DNA of 64,000 nt. Origin: Octopus vulgaris (taxonomy: Eukaryota). Under the pieces are notes generated by a model. The model searched no databases. It was not told the DNA's origin and saw nothing but the letters and a program-made list of their open reading frames with translations. The stretch's first letter is position 1. The number at the start of each line of letters is the position of its first letter. Below are positions 25,520-37,524 of the stretch, piece after piece. The stretch is from assembly GCA_951406725.2 (NCBI GenBank), contig OX597833.1:73222001-73286000 (forward strand). The letters run 5' to 3'. Both the position numbers and the translations under genes were made by a program.

Positions 25520-26180
25520 GCTCAGGTGCACCACAACTTGTCAGAAAGTGCATATAAAGTACATGCAGTAATGTAGAAATGTCTGGAAAGTGAACAATGT
25601 ATGAGTCAGATACATGCTTGTGTGTGTATGGAGGGGAGAAAATCAGGTGTAGTGTTGGCGAATCTCAGGAAGCATGGCAGTTTTGAAGGATGCAGTGCTC
25701 CGACAACTAACAACTAATGTCGGCAGTTTGTTCCACGCTTCAGCAACTCTCAGCGTGAAAAAATGTTTCCTGAAGTCATGGGAGCTGTGCTGTTTTCTTA
25801 CTTTGTAAATATGTCCACGGGTGTTAGATGGGTGGAGTTTGAAGAGGTGCTCAGAGTTATTGTTTGTGCGATGGTTGATAATTTTATGGGTGTCTGCCAA
25901 GTCAGCTGCCAGACGTCAGAGTTTCAATGTGTCCATGCCCAGGGAAGTAAGGCGTTCAGAATATGGCAAATGCCTGATGGAGGGTATTCTTTTGGTTGCA
26001 CGTCGCTGAACAGCTTCCAGACGATTGATGTCCTGGGCAAGATAGGGGTTCCAGACCGGTGATGCAAATTCCAGGCGAGGTCTTACCATAGCTATATAAA
26101 GCCGCAATAGATAGCCGGAGAGCGGCTCACAAAGGATTTGGTGAGTGATGCCAAGACACCCTCAGCCTCAGCAACAAGAT
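25520..26180 (-). mobile_element. CR1/L2-group LINE 3' end
   Basis: LYIAMVRPRLEFASPVWNPY..DINRLEAVQRRATK and TRGHIYK...FFTLRVAEAWNKLP are canonical CR1-group C-terminal motifs. Confidence 0.9.
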
Positions 26181-26336
26181 GCTAACAGGCAGAAATTGCC
26201 AGATTGTACTCTATTTCTATGTATCATTGTATATATGTATATATATTATTCGTTATATGCTATAAAGGTGTGGGGGGGGTTGTAGTTATAACTTTGGAAT
26301 ATTATCTAACATGCAATGTTGTTTTCCATTTCTCAG

Positions 26337-26492
26337 CCGCATATGGTCAAGTGCCACCACCACCTCCTGGTTATGCTGGAGCTTATCCTGGATATTACCC
26401 TCAGCAGGGTCCCTACTATGGAAACACTGGAAGCCCTCAAGTGGTACACATTAAGGAAAAGAATAAGAGTAACATAGGAGAGATTGCTTTAG
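26337..26492 (+). CDS. PLEKHB/evectin-like protein, exon (PPxY motif, pre-membrane segment)
   Basis: TCTCAG acceptor, GTAAGA donor. AAYGQVPPPPPGYAGAYPGYYPQQGPYYGNTGSPQVVHIKEKNKSNIGEIAL; the end resembles the evectin-2 'VII.E....D.D.ALG' segment. 156 nt, phase 1-1. Confidence 0.9.
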
Positions 26493-27199
26493 GTAAGATC
26501 TGTTTGTTTATTTGTTTCTTTTATGCTGTCAGAAGTTATGATGGCGGCTGAGGAGATAAGACCCCTGGTAGTTGTTGATAGTTTCTGCTGCTTCGCATAG
26601 GAGTAGCTTCTTTGGAGACTACCCTGGTCTTCGGTAGTCTTTAAGTTCATTCTACACATGTTAATTATATATTAGAGACTGGTTACACTCTCGGAGTGGT
26701 TGGCATTAGGAAGGGCATCCAGCTGTAGAAACTCTACCAAATTAAGATTGGAGCCTGGTGCAGGCATCTGGTTCACCAGCCCTCAATCAAAATCGTCCAA
26801 CCCATGCTAGCATGGAAAGGGGACGTTAAACGATGATGATGCTAGCTCTCCAGTCTGTCTTGGTCATCAGACCATCTTCTGCTATTTGGCCTATAACTGG
26901 AACCCTTTCCAGAGCAGACTTTCGGTGACTCAGAGTTAATGCTATACTCCTTGAATTCTCCAAAGTTGGAGTTTCATTGTCAGATGCAGTTTAATGTATT
27001 GGCCAGGGTCCAGTTAATACAACAGAGTCATATTGTGCAGTAACTGGACTATGTTATGTTAGGGTACCTATTTGTAGAAACCAGATTACATCATCAGTTT
27101 TCACTCTCATAACTGGTAACTAGAAAAAAAAGAATGAACAGGAAAAAGCATACTTTGTCAGTTTTGTGTAAATATGATGAAGTTCATCTGTCATTTTAT

Positions 27200-28180
27200 T
27201 CATTCCTCCAGGGGCATGATGCTAGTCATTCACAAATACATTTATCTTCATGCTCTTTGAGGACTGAAAGTGTAGTAGAGTAACTTTCTGATGTTCCTCA
27301 AAATTTCAGCCATTTAATTAAAGATGTTCAGCAAGTTCTGTTCACCTACCACTACTCTCTCTGCCTGACGTCATCTCTGTGTCCATTGAATCTTTCGTTT
27401 AATCCTGTTTTTCAACCAACATAAATTGTGTTCAGTGCATTCTGCTGCATATACCAAATGCGAATCTCTACACATCCCACTTTCTGTATAAATCATAACA
27501 TTTCTTTTATGATTTGTGATGGAACTGAAATGGCTCATGTTGTTGCACAATGAACAGGGCTTACCTCTCTTGTGGCTGTTTTTCAAGGTGCAGCATTCAA
27601 AAACTCTAATGGTAGTTTTCTTGGGGTTAGAGGTAATGGTTAATAATTCTTTTATATTTTTATCGCTTCTAAAAGCTACAATAGGCAGCTGAGGGGATAT
27701 TTGTATAAACGAAGATATTTTTCCGAAACATGTTAACTCTCATGCAACACTTTTAAAATGCTAACGAAACTTTGGTGCCAGTTAACGATTAAAGGAATTT
27801 TATCACAAATTTTACTAAAATTATGTGTGAAAGTTTGACTTTGCAAATAACAGAGCTTAAAATTAGCAATTCCCTTTAATTGGGATTCACTGTAACATTA
27901 TTTGTCATAATGTCGTACAAAAGAATTTGCATGTTTCCAGTAATCTCCTTTATCAGGACAAATCCGTTTTATCCTCAAAAACTGAGATTTCAGATTTGAC
28001 TTAATTATAAGTATTCTTTTTCACCAGTTATGAAAGTGAAAATTGATATCATTTATCTAAAAGGAAATGCAGGATTTCCTCGTTTAGATTTTGAATTTCT
28101 GTGTCTGTAATTTTTTTCATTTTACATTTTGAACCTGAAGAAGACAAATGATCAGTTGAAATATTATTCAATCCATTCAA
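27200..28180 (-). mobile_element. Penelope-like element relic (GIY-YIG region)
   Basis: GKPCSLCNNM...CRDSHLVYAAECTEHNL is the CxxC + GIY-YIG start. A CTGAAGA..GAAATATT hammerhead-like remnant lies at ~28130-28170 in the opposite orientation. Confidence 0.6.
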
Positions 28181-28468
28181 TAAACAAACGCTATTATTTT
28201 GGCACTTTTCTACCTTCGTGAAGAGTTACAGCAATATTCATAAATTATTTGTTTTTCTTCTTCCTTCAATTTTGTTTCCATTTCTTGCCAAGCGTCTTCC
28301 TGTCACCTAGGGCAAAGAAACTCACTCTAGACATTGATAGGCTATGAAAATAAATGCACCATTTACAAAATCAATGTTCTTCTCAGTATGTGATGTCCCA
28401 AACACTCTTTTGCATTCTTTGCAGAGATGCTAAGTCAGGCATCATTCTCAAATAAATCTCAGTTCATA

Positions 28469-28514
<46 letters not shown>

Positions 28515-28541
28515 AGCTACTATTCTATTCTATTATTTCAG

Positions 28542-28702
28542 GTGTTGCTGGAGGTGCGCTTCTTGCTCATGGAGCTACGAGTATGATGGGCGGTTGGGGT
28601 GGCGGCTGGGGTCTTGGCCGTTGGGGCAGTTGGAGCTCACTCAGTTCACTCAGCAGCTTTGGCAGCTGTGGAAGTTTTGGCAGTTTTGGCAGCTTTGATT
28701 AG
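28542..28702 (+). CDS. PLEKHB/evectin-like protein, terminal coding exon (hydrophobic Gly-rich anchor + GW/GSF tail)
   Basis: TTTCAG acceptor. GVAGGALLAHGATSMMGGWGGGWGLGRWGSWSSLSSLSSFGSCGSFGSFGSFD*; 'ALG..GGA' resembles the evectin C-terminal anchor. The eight exons total 989 nt (~329 aa, N-terminus missing). Confidence 0.88.
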
Positions 28703-29413
28703 GTGCAAAGAAGAGTGAATCAGCTGCAACAAGGAAACTTCACCCAGCAATCAAATAGCAATGAAATAAGGATTTTGTAAAAAACAAAAACAAAAAAGAC
28801 AAAAACAAAACCAAATAGAGCAAAAACAAACTGTAAAATAAGTGATAAGCTTAGGAATCTATCTATCTGTACATACACACACACACTCATACATACATGT
28901 GTATGCATACACGCATGTATGTATATATATATATATACATACATACACACACACACATGTATGTATGTGTGTGTATGTATATTTATATATATATATATAT
29001 CTCTCTTGTTCAGTGGATGGTACTGTGTTGTCCATCCTTGCTTCTCTGATTTCATTCACGTCTCTTGTTATCTCTAGATTTTCAAATTTTCAAAACTTGA
29101 AGGCAAGCGAGTGCGGGCCATGGACCTGCAAGGGTCTTCTTGTACGGCTGTGAAATGCAGGAACAGCTCACACTGTAGGTATACATGTGTACCTTGAATA
29201 AAATACTCACACACACACTTATAAACACTGTCATTTTATGTCTTTGTATACATTTAAATATACTATTTATATGTCTGTTTATCCGCGTACCTATCTATAA
29301 TATGTGTATTTATGTCATTCATGTGTTTATAAATATGTATATGTGTGAGTGTGTGTGTGTGTTGTATTAGTTTATGTCGTCATAACTTAACATCCATCTT
29401 CTATACATGCATG

Positions 29414-29457
<44 letters not shown>

Positions 29458-32400
29458 GGAGTGGGGGGAGAGTAACAGGTTGACTTAGATCTTTAAAGTT
29501 TCTCAGGCAACATTCAGGAGTGTTTGGAGGGATGGCAATGCTTCCCACCCCAAATAACCTCTTCCTCAATCAGCACAATTTCAACTGTGTGTTGAGTGTT
29601 ACTTTCTTTCAGTTGTTTGAATATATTGACTTACCTCCTCCCCTGAAGTTACTGGCCTTGTGTCAAAATTTGAAACCAATAATATAATAATGAAATATGT
29701 GAATAAAATAAATATAATAAGTTAATATATTGAAATATATTTATAAAATTTTGTTAACATTAAAATATTTTAAGAAGAGTCTTTTTGAAAAATTTAACAG
29801 AATGGAAGTTTTACACCATTTCAAATTCCTATTGGAAATTATGATATCAGGGATTAGAAATTTAGGATCAGAGAGGAAAGTAGGGCAACAAATATACTGC
29901 AGGGGTAGACTTGTGCAGGTAGGGTTTAATGGTGGTAGTGAGGGAGGGTTCAATTTAAAAACAAAGGAAAACTTTTTTTCTGTGCATTTTGTTCAGTGAC
30001 TCCATATTGAATATTTTGGATATATACACACACACCCACACACACATGTATATGGTTGTCCTGAATGCAGCTCATTAAAAAGTATTAAAGTATTAAAAAG
30101 CTCCTTGTCTGGAAAAGGGGTGAATCCCAACATTCAAAGCACTTATATAAGTATTCATACAAATATATATAACTATCTACACACAAACATCCACACATAG
30201 ATAGACTTATACATACATGAATACACATATTACATATGTCTGTCCTTCTACCTGTTCAATACATTTATATATAGTGTTGCTCTCTCAAATTCTGAAGAAG
30301 AAACCATAGACTAACCTAGTTTCTCTGTCTTTTTCTTTACTTTCTCCCTGACATACTCTTCCTCTCTCTCTCTCTCTCTCTCACATATGCATGCACATGT
30401 ATGTATGTTGTAGTTTTACAAAAAGAGTGGTGACAGTAACTTTGAAGTTTGGGCCAACTAGCCTTCTTTGGATTGTTAACACTTCGAGGTCACTGTCATT
30501 CGTCTTGTTGCAAAAGTCTAATAATTATTTACTTTATGAAAAGTATTGAGTAATTCTTCAGTTTTATATGAAATTGTTTTTATATGTAATTTGACATAAA
30601 AATAACAGTTATTAATGTGTGCGTATGTGTGTGCACACGTGCGTGTGTGTGTGTGCGTATACATGTTTGTTTGTTAAATAATATTTGCCAATCTGCTACT
30701 GTACAATCTCTTTACAAGTTTACTTGATATGACTGAGTCCAGTCACACGATCTGTCTGCTAGAAATAGCAGCCAAATCTTCAAATTACTCTGTCATTTTA
30801 AAGCAAAAGGGCACATTCATTGATATAGTCCTAGATAACCGTAATCATAGCAGGAATGCTTTTGATCATAAGTTTTCACAGTCAAACAGTCTTTATTTTT
30901 ACCACTGCCATCCTTTTACGTCTGTATGGGTGTGTATATGTTTGTTTATGTATGTATATATGTATATGCATACATATGTGTGTGTACACATACACACACA
31001 TATGTACTTTGTACTTGTGTTTGGTTTTGAAAGATTCTTGATGTGTATTTGTGTGTTGAAACAACTCTTCTAGTATCTTGGTAGGGTCATTATGCCAATA
31101 ATGATTAACATGCACACATGGTCTACCTCACACTTCGAAGGGAAGAGGTATGTGAGAAGTTACAAACAGTGATGAAAGGACTTTGAAAAACAAACAACCG
31201 GTTGATTAGTTAGTTGCTTAGATATCTAAGCAGGTGGCGAACAGTAGAGAAGGGATAGAGAACCAGTGCCTATGTTTATTGTTATTGACATAATGACCCT
31301 CCATAGATACAATAATAGATCAGGATTCGAGTGAATTAGGCACTTAAATGGTAAGGTACCAAGTCAGGTCAAAAAATGAAATAAAAGGAGAGGAATACAT
31401 AGGTGAGTACCAAAGTACAGGTGGCAAGATAGAGCCATGTTATGTCTTTGATTAACTGTACCCGACGAGGGAGCGCTCATTGCACTACTTTGGTTCCATG
31501 CAGGGAGCAGCAGGTTCTGAGTGAGGGGAATAATAAATAAATTTTAATTGATTTATGAAGAAATTACATCGTTAGAAAAAACTGTTTTCATCAAGTGAAT
31601 GCATGAATCCCAACATGAAAAAGGCCACAGTTTGTCACTGAATGATTCTATGACCAATTCCAGTCATAAGAATATAGTATTTAGCACCAGGCCTGTCTTG
31701 ACTGAGCGGACTTTGATGAAAGACATTCCAGTTTTGACTATCCCTTCTTACTCTATATCAGTAACTCCATTGTACTGTGTACTTCATTTTATTGAAGGCA
31801 TTAAGGTGTCGTTGAGGGCAATTTAGCTGCTATCTTCAGCAGATCAAGCTACCACGATGGAGCTCCTTCATTAACTTGTAATATTGAGTCTTGTTTTCTT
31901 TTGTTGAACTGATCTAAAGCATTCCAACCATGACTAATCCATCATTTTCTATATCAGAGATGATTTCGTTCATTGTATGGTACCATTTTTTATAAGATGG
32001 TAGCATGTGTCCTGAGAGAAATTTTGCTGCTATTTCTAGCATTAATAAGGGCAATAATAAATAGGTTTTTCTCCTAATATAATATGAAAGTTTATGCTTG
32101 CTCTCTGTGTGCAGATATTGCAGCCATTTGTGTTATTTTCTTGCCTCTGCATCAGTTTTTTAATTCTTATCCCATTGGTTTTGTTTTCTGGGTTTTTTTT
32201 TTGTCTTTAATTAAAATTTCAAATGTTCCAGCCATTGGATGACATTGATATCTCAACATGTTATCACCCTGCCCACTTCTTATGAAAGATGCCTTACCTA
32301 ATAGAATGTGTGTGTGTGTAAGTTGAAAAAGGAAAATAAAGCTTCTCACATGCAAAAACTCTTATATTTCAGGTGCAACAAAGGCTCAAATCAGTTCAAC

Positions 32401-35298
32401 AAATGCCTAGTCACATTGGTTTTGTTATTTTATTTTTAAACTGCCCAGCAACTCTTTCAAGTGACATATTTTCAGATAGTCAAAGTTGGTGGCATGTGTT
32501 TATGATGTTGCTTGCAAATGCTGTGATGAATTTGTAGAAGCCACTGGCCCAGCTCCGACTGACTTGATTTTGGGGTTGAGGCAGGTGGATCAATATAACT
32601 TCTTCTCCAAGACTAGTTTGGAGGTGACTATCTCTTTGGAGGCGTTGCAGCATTTGGGGTTAAGTGTTTGTGAAAGGGAGAGGTGGGTCAGTAGTGACAT
32701 ATCATGGAGTTGCTGGTCTGTGCATCACCCTGACTACTACCAGCATCCTAACATATGCAACCAGTTGGAGAGGTGCTGCTAAGCCGGATGCTGAGCAGTT
32801 TAAATAAAATAACAAAATTGAAGTATCTCCACATTTCTTGGATTGCTTTCTTTTGAGGATGGACCGGAAATAATAAAGCATTTTGTAAAACTTCCATTTT
32901 CTTTTTCTACTTCTGAACTAAAATACTTCAAGCAAACGACAACACTCATACATGTGTGTGTGTATCTATATATGATCTGAAATACTTCAACCAGTGCCTG
33001 TATGTATGTGTGTATTTCTTTTGTGTGTTGTGGCCATGCTGGAGTGCCACAATGACTTGGTACCGTTTTCAGAGCCCTCTTATGTCACACATTTGTTTCT
33101 GTATGTTTGCCTGTTTACACTCATACACACGAAAACACATACATAATATATATATATATATATATATAAAACAATCTATCCAGCATACACACACACACAC
33201 ACACACAAGAAACATACAGTGGAGTGTAAATGTGATGATTAATTTTAAAAATAAAATGTGTGCACGAGTCTGGGTCCTTTTCACATTGTTTTGTCTTTTG
33301 CCACGGCTTCACTGGTTGAAAAACCACCCAAAATATACAAACTTATTTGCTTTTTTTTTTTTACACTTAACGCATTTCAAATGTGAAACTGTGGCAATGT
33401 AAATGTCTAGTGGTGGCTGGGTCTGCGTATCCAGCTGGAAATATTCACTTAACTAACAATTCAACTAAATTTATATTTGGTTTTCTACATAATACACTCT
33501 TCTGTTAAGGCTCAGTGTTGTTTAATGCCTTTTTTACATGTGTTGTTATCTTTTCTTTTTTTTTATACTGTGATATTATTTCACTTTTCTCCTTCCATTT
33601 GTTTTTTCCTATAAATGTTAAACGTTGAATTAAAACTTAGCTCAAAATCACTGCCATATGTCAGTTTTTCTTTGTTTATTATTTTTATTTGGTGGGTTTT
33701 GCAGTATTAAGGACCAATTTCAGTTTCTCTTTCAAATTTATTTTGGGATATTTTTATTTCGTATTTGGTTGGTTCAGGCATCAAAGTAGCAAGCGGGCAG
33801 AATGGTTAGCACGTTGGACAAAATGCTGAACAGTATTTCTTTCAGTTCTTCACATTCTTAGTTCAAATCCTACCATAGTCAACTTTGCCTTTCATCCCTT
33901 TGGGGATGATAAAAGAAAGTACTGGGATTTATGTAACTGACTTTTCCCCCACAGAGGGAAAAAAGAAAAACCCCTTCACATGTTTTGATGTTTTATTGAC
34001 AAAACATCAAAACATGTCAAGTGAAAATGGAGGGTGGTCTTGGAAGGTGCTAGAAATAACAGACAAATCTCCTTTGAATAACAGCTTTTGCTCTGAAAAA
34101 TATTTACAACTTTTAAAAAAAAATTTTTTTTTACTGAAAAGGCTTCTCTCATGGTTTTTAAGTGCCAAAAAAATTGGCCAAAATCAGTCCAGAGTAGGAT
34201 GGTGAGGAGAGAGGAGTGAAAAAAGATCATAAACTTTTAAAACTTTTTCATTTTGAAGGTTGTGGTGAAAAAAAAACTGGAAATATTCCTGTCAAAACAA
34301 AATTCCAACTTAAGTGGTCTTCTTGATCCAAAACTGTTTTTCCGAAACTCATCTCCCCACCACCTTGGAAAAAATTTCCCCCATAAATTTCTTCATAATT
34401 GTAATCTGTGCTGTTTGAAAGGTATTTGTATAAACTTTCATTAAAAGATACCCACGAGGGGAAAAAAGTCAGGTCATGTGAATTTTCCAAAATTCCCCTC
34501 TCCCTTCAGAAAAAATTCTTTCTTATAAATTCCTGTATACTCTGAACCTACAGCATGTAAGCGGTATTTGTTGATTTTCAAGGCGGCGAGCTGGCAGAAA
34601 CGTTAGCATGCTGGGCGAAATGTGTTGTTACGTTCTGAGTTCAAATTCCGCCAAGGTCGGCTTTGCCTTTCATCCTTTTGGGGTTGATTAAATAAGTACC
34701 AGTTATGCACTGGGGTCGATATGATCGACTTAATCCGTTTGTCTGTCCTTGTTTGTCCTCTCTGTGTTTAGCCCCTTGTGGGTAGTAAAGAAATAGGTAC
34801 TTGTTGATAATTTTGTTAATATGTGTCCATCCTTTTGGTAGTTATGAGGCAATAAAGTGAAGGTGGGGTATACACACCTGTAGTTACCCCATTGATTGTG
34901 ATGTGCAAACCGGATGGTTGAATTGTTTTTCTGGAAATCCAAGCTTATCCAGACTAATCCACTTATTCATTTACTTAGAAAACCAAGAGCACCAACTATT
35001 ATTGGTATAAATGTAAATTTGTATTCTTGATATAGAAGCTGGAGGTTTGGAGGCAGTTTTCTATAGTTATCTTCTTTCTCTTTGATTTTCATAGAGATAT
35101 TCCCATCATCGGGACAACTTACCTTTATGTCCATTCCCTCTTGGGTTATATATGCATATTTAACTATGAAGCTATCCTTTCAATTCCTCCAACATGAAGC
35201 AGTAGCCTCTAACTGAATGCTGAGAATACTAAGCAAAGACTCTTGACCACTGTTGGAGGACAAGTGTCTCCACGTGGAATAGTGAAAGGAAATCTAGA

Positions 35299-35465
35299 AT
35301 GAGACATATGCTCGACATCGCTCAGCGCCAACAGCTAGGAGAAAGCCTTGATGAATATCTCAGTGCTTTGCGGTTGGTTGCCAAGGATGTAAATGGAGTA
35401 ATTTATCAACAGGAAATGATTAGAGATGCTTTTATCAATGGACTTTTATGTCATCCCATTCGAGA
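35299..35465 (+). mobile_element. Ty3/gypsy gag fragment
   Basis: RQQLGESLDEYLSALRLVAKD...EMIRDAFINGL is the retrotransposon gag 'Q..GES...Y...L' / 'IRD.FI.GL' motif. Confidence 0.75.
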
Positions 35466-35469
35466 GTTC

Positions 35470-35680
35470 AGGCCATTTCTGGTCAAGAGAGACTTTGATC
35501 CGAGCGGTTGTTGGCATCTTCACTATCTCGTCCGGCAGCTTATTCCATGGATCTGCAACCCGGACGGAGAAAGCCCCTCTCCTTCGATTGTGATGAAATC
35601 GCCGTAGTTAGAGCTTTTCAGAGTGACCCCGCAGCCTACGCTCTGGAGCAGGAGTGAAGAACAACTCTTTCGAGAGGTTA
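35470..35680 (-). mobile_element. CR1-group LINE 3' fragment
   Basis: The - strand reads RGHSEKL...RRRGAFSVRVADPWNKLPDEIV. Confidence 0.7.
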
Positions 35681-35879
35681 TATTATAGAGTTTCTTAAGC
35701 TTTGCGATTGCCGTGTCAGTGCAATCAGTGCCAGCAGAAATGAATTCTCATACTATTGGCAACACAAAATTAATAATGCTTACAAGTACACTGGCACGAA
35801 AACAAAAATCAACCTTTTTTTTACAAATTTTTTAGCAGATTCCTGTTTTCGATGACAGAGATTCTGAATATGCCAAAAA

Positions 35880-37428
35880 CCACATTTTCAAAATTTTCAA
35901 TTCCCCCCTCCTCACCCCAAATTTTTTTAATTTTCACTTTTTTTGAGAATTTTTTTTCAATCATCATCATCATCATCATCGTTTAACGTCCGTTTTCCAT
36001 GCTGGCATGGCTAGGACGGTTTGAAGCCAGGAAGCTGCACGAGGCCCCAATCTAATCTGGCAGTGTTTCTACAGCTGGATGCCCTTCCTAACGCCAACCA
36101 CTCCATGAGTGTAGTGGGTGCATTTTATGTGCCACCGGCACGGAAGCCAGTCAAAGCGGCACTGGCATCAGCCATGTTCGGATGGTGCTTTTTTCGTGCC
36201 ACTGACATGGCAGCCAGTCAAGGTGGCACTGGCATTGGCCACGTTCAGATGGTGCTTTTTACATGCTACCAGCACGGGGCTCAAAACTACAATTTCCATT
36301 TGATTTGATTTTGATATTGTTGATGTCAATAGGTCTCCTCAAGCACGACATGTCACCCTACAATCCAAGGTACTTTTGAGTGGACTGGTTATGCAACACT
36401 GGTGTAGGTTACAGCTGTGGACTCACTTTATTTGCTGAGTCTTCTCAGTCACAGCATACTTTCAGAGGTCTCGGTCTTTTGTCATTGCCTCTGTGAGGCC
36501 CAACGTTTGAAGGTCATGCTTCACCACATCATCCCATGTCTTCAATCTACATGGAAAAATATGGGGAAAAAAAAAAAATTTAATTTCAAATTTTCTATGA
36601 GGAAACTCCAAAATTGATTCATACACCCCTTGCCACCCCATCCTGTTGACTAAAAGTGAAAATGAACGGCTTGTGTGTTTGTGTGTGCGCATGCAAATCA
36701 ACAGAGAAAATACACCGAAATATGTTTTACATACCTGTTGTATACGTCGGTTTTACTTTTCGCTTTAAAAGTAAATGGTCCTGAAAGAAGCAATCACAAT
36801 ATCAGTAATATGTTTGTGTTCTTCATTCAGAAAGAATAAAAACTTCATGGGACTTCGTTCATGTGTATCCCCCACAAAAAAAGTTTGTATATTTGGAATC
36901 TAGATGATATAACAGATATTCATAGAAAATTTCATTAAAAAATATCCATTTTTCTGAAAATCATGATCATCCAAAGACGGGTGTGGGGGGCAAAAATCTG
37001 TAGTTATACCTGGATTTTAAGTGAATGGGGCCCACAAAATTGATCTCAATCACCCCAGAGAAGGGAAGACAAGTTTTTTGTAAAACAGATACTCCAGACC
37101 ATTTCCAAGAGCACAGTGAAAAGAAATCTGAAAAATGTCCGTCAAAACGGAGAAATTCCAACTTGCTGGTGCTTCTTAACTCCGAAGTCCGAGCTGAGAT
37201 TCGAAACCGAATCTAAAGATTCTTGCCCGTCTGATCCACCACTGACCAAAGAGGCATGAAAGAAATTTCTTTGACCTGTCAAAAAATGATGGATTGTTTC
37301 CCTTCGACGTCATTTAAGGTTCAAGTGGACAGGAGGCGAACTATATAGGTAGGAATTTTTCCTGTGGTATATCTGTCCTTCTAGCTGTCATGACCATTAT
37401 AAATACAGTAATCCGCCAAGGAACAGAC

Positions 37429-37524
<96 letters not shown>

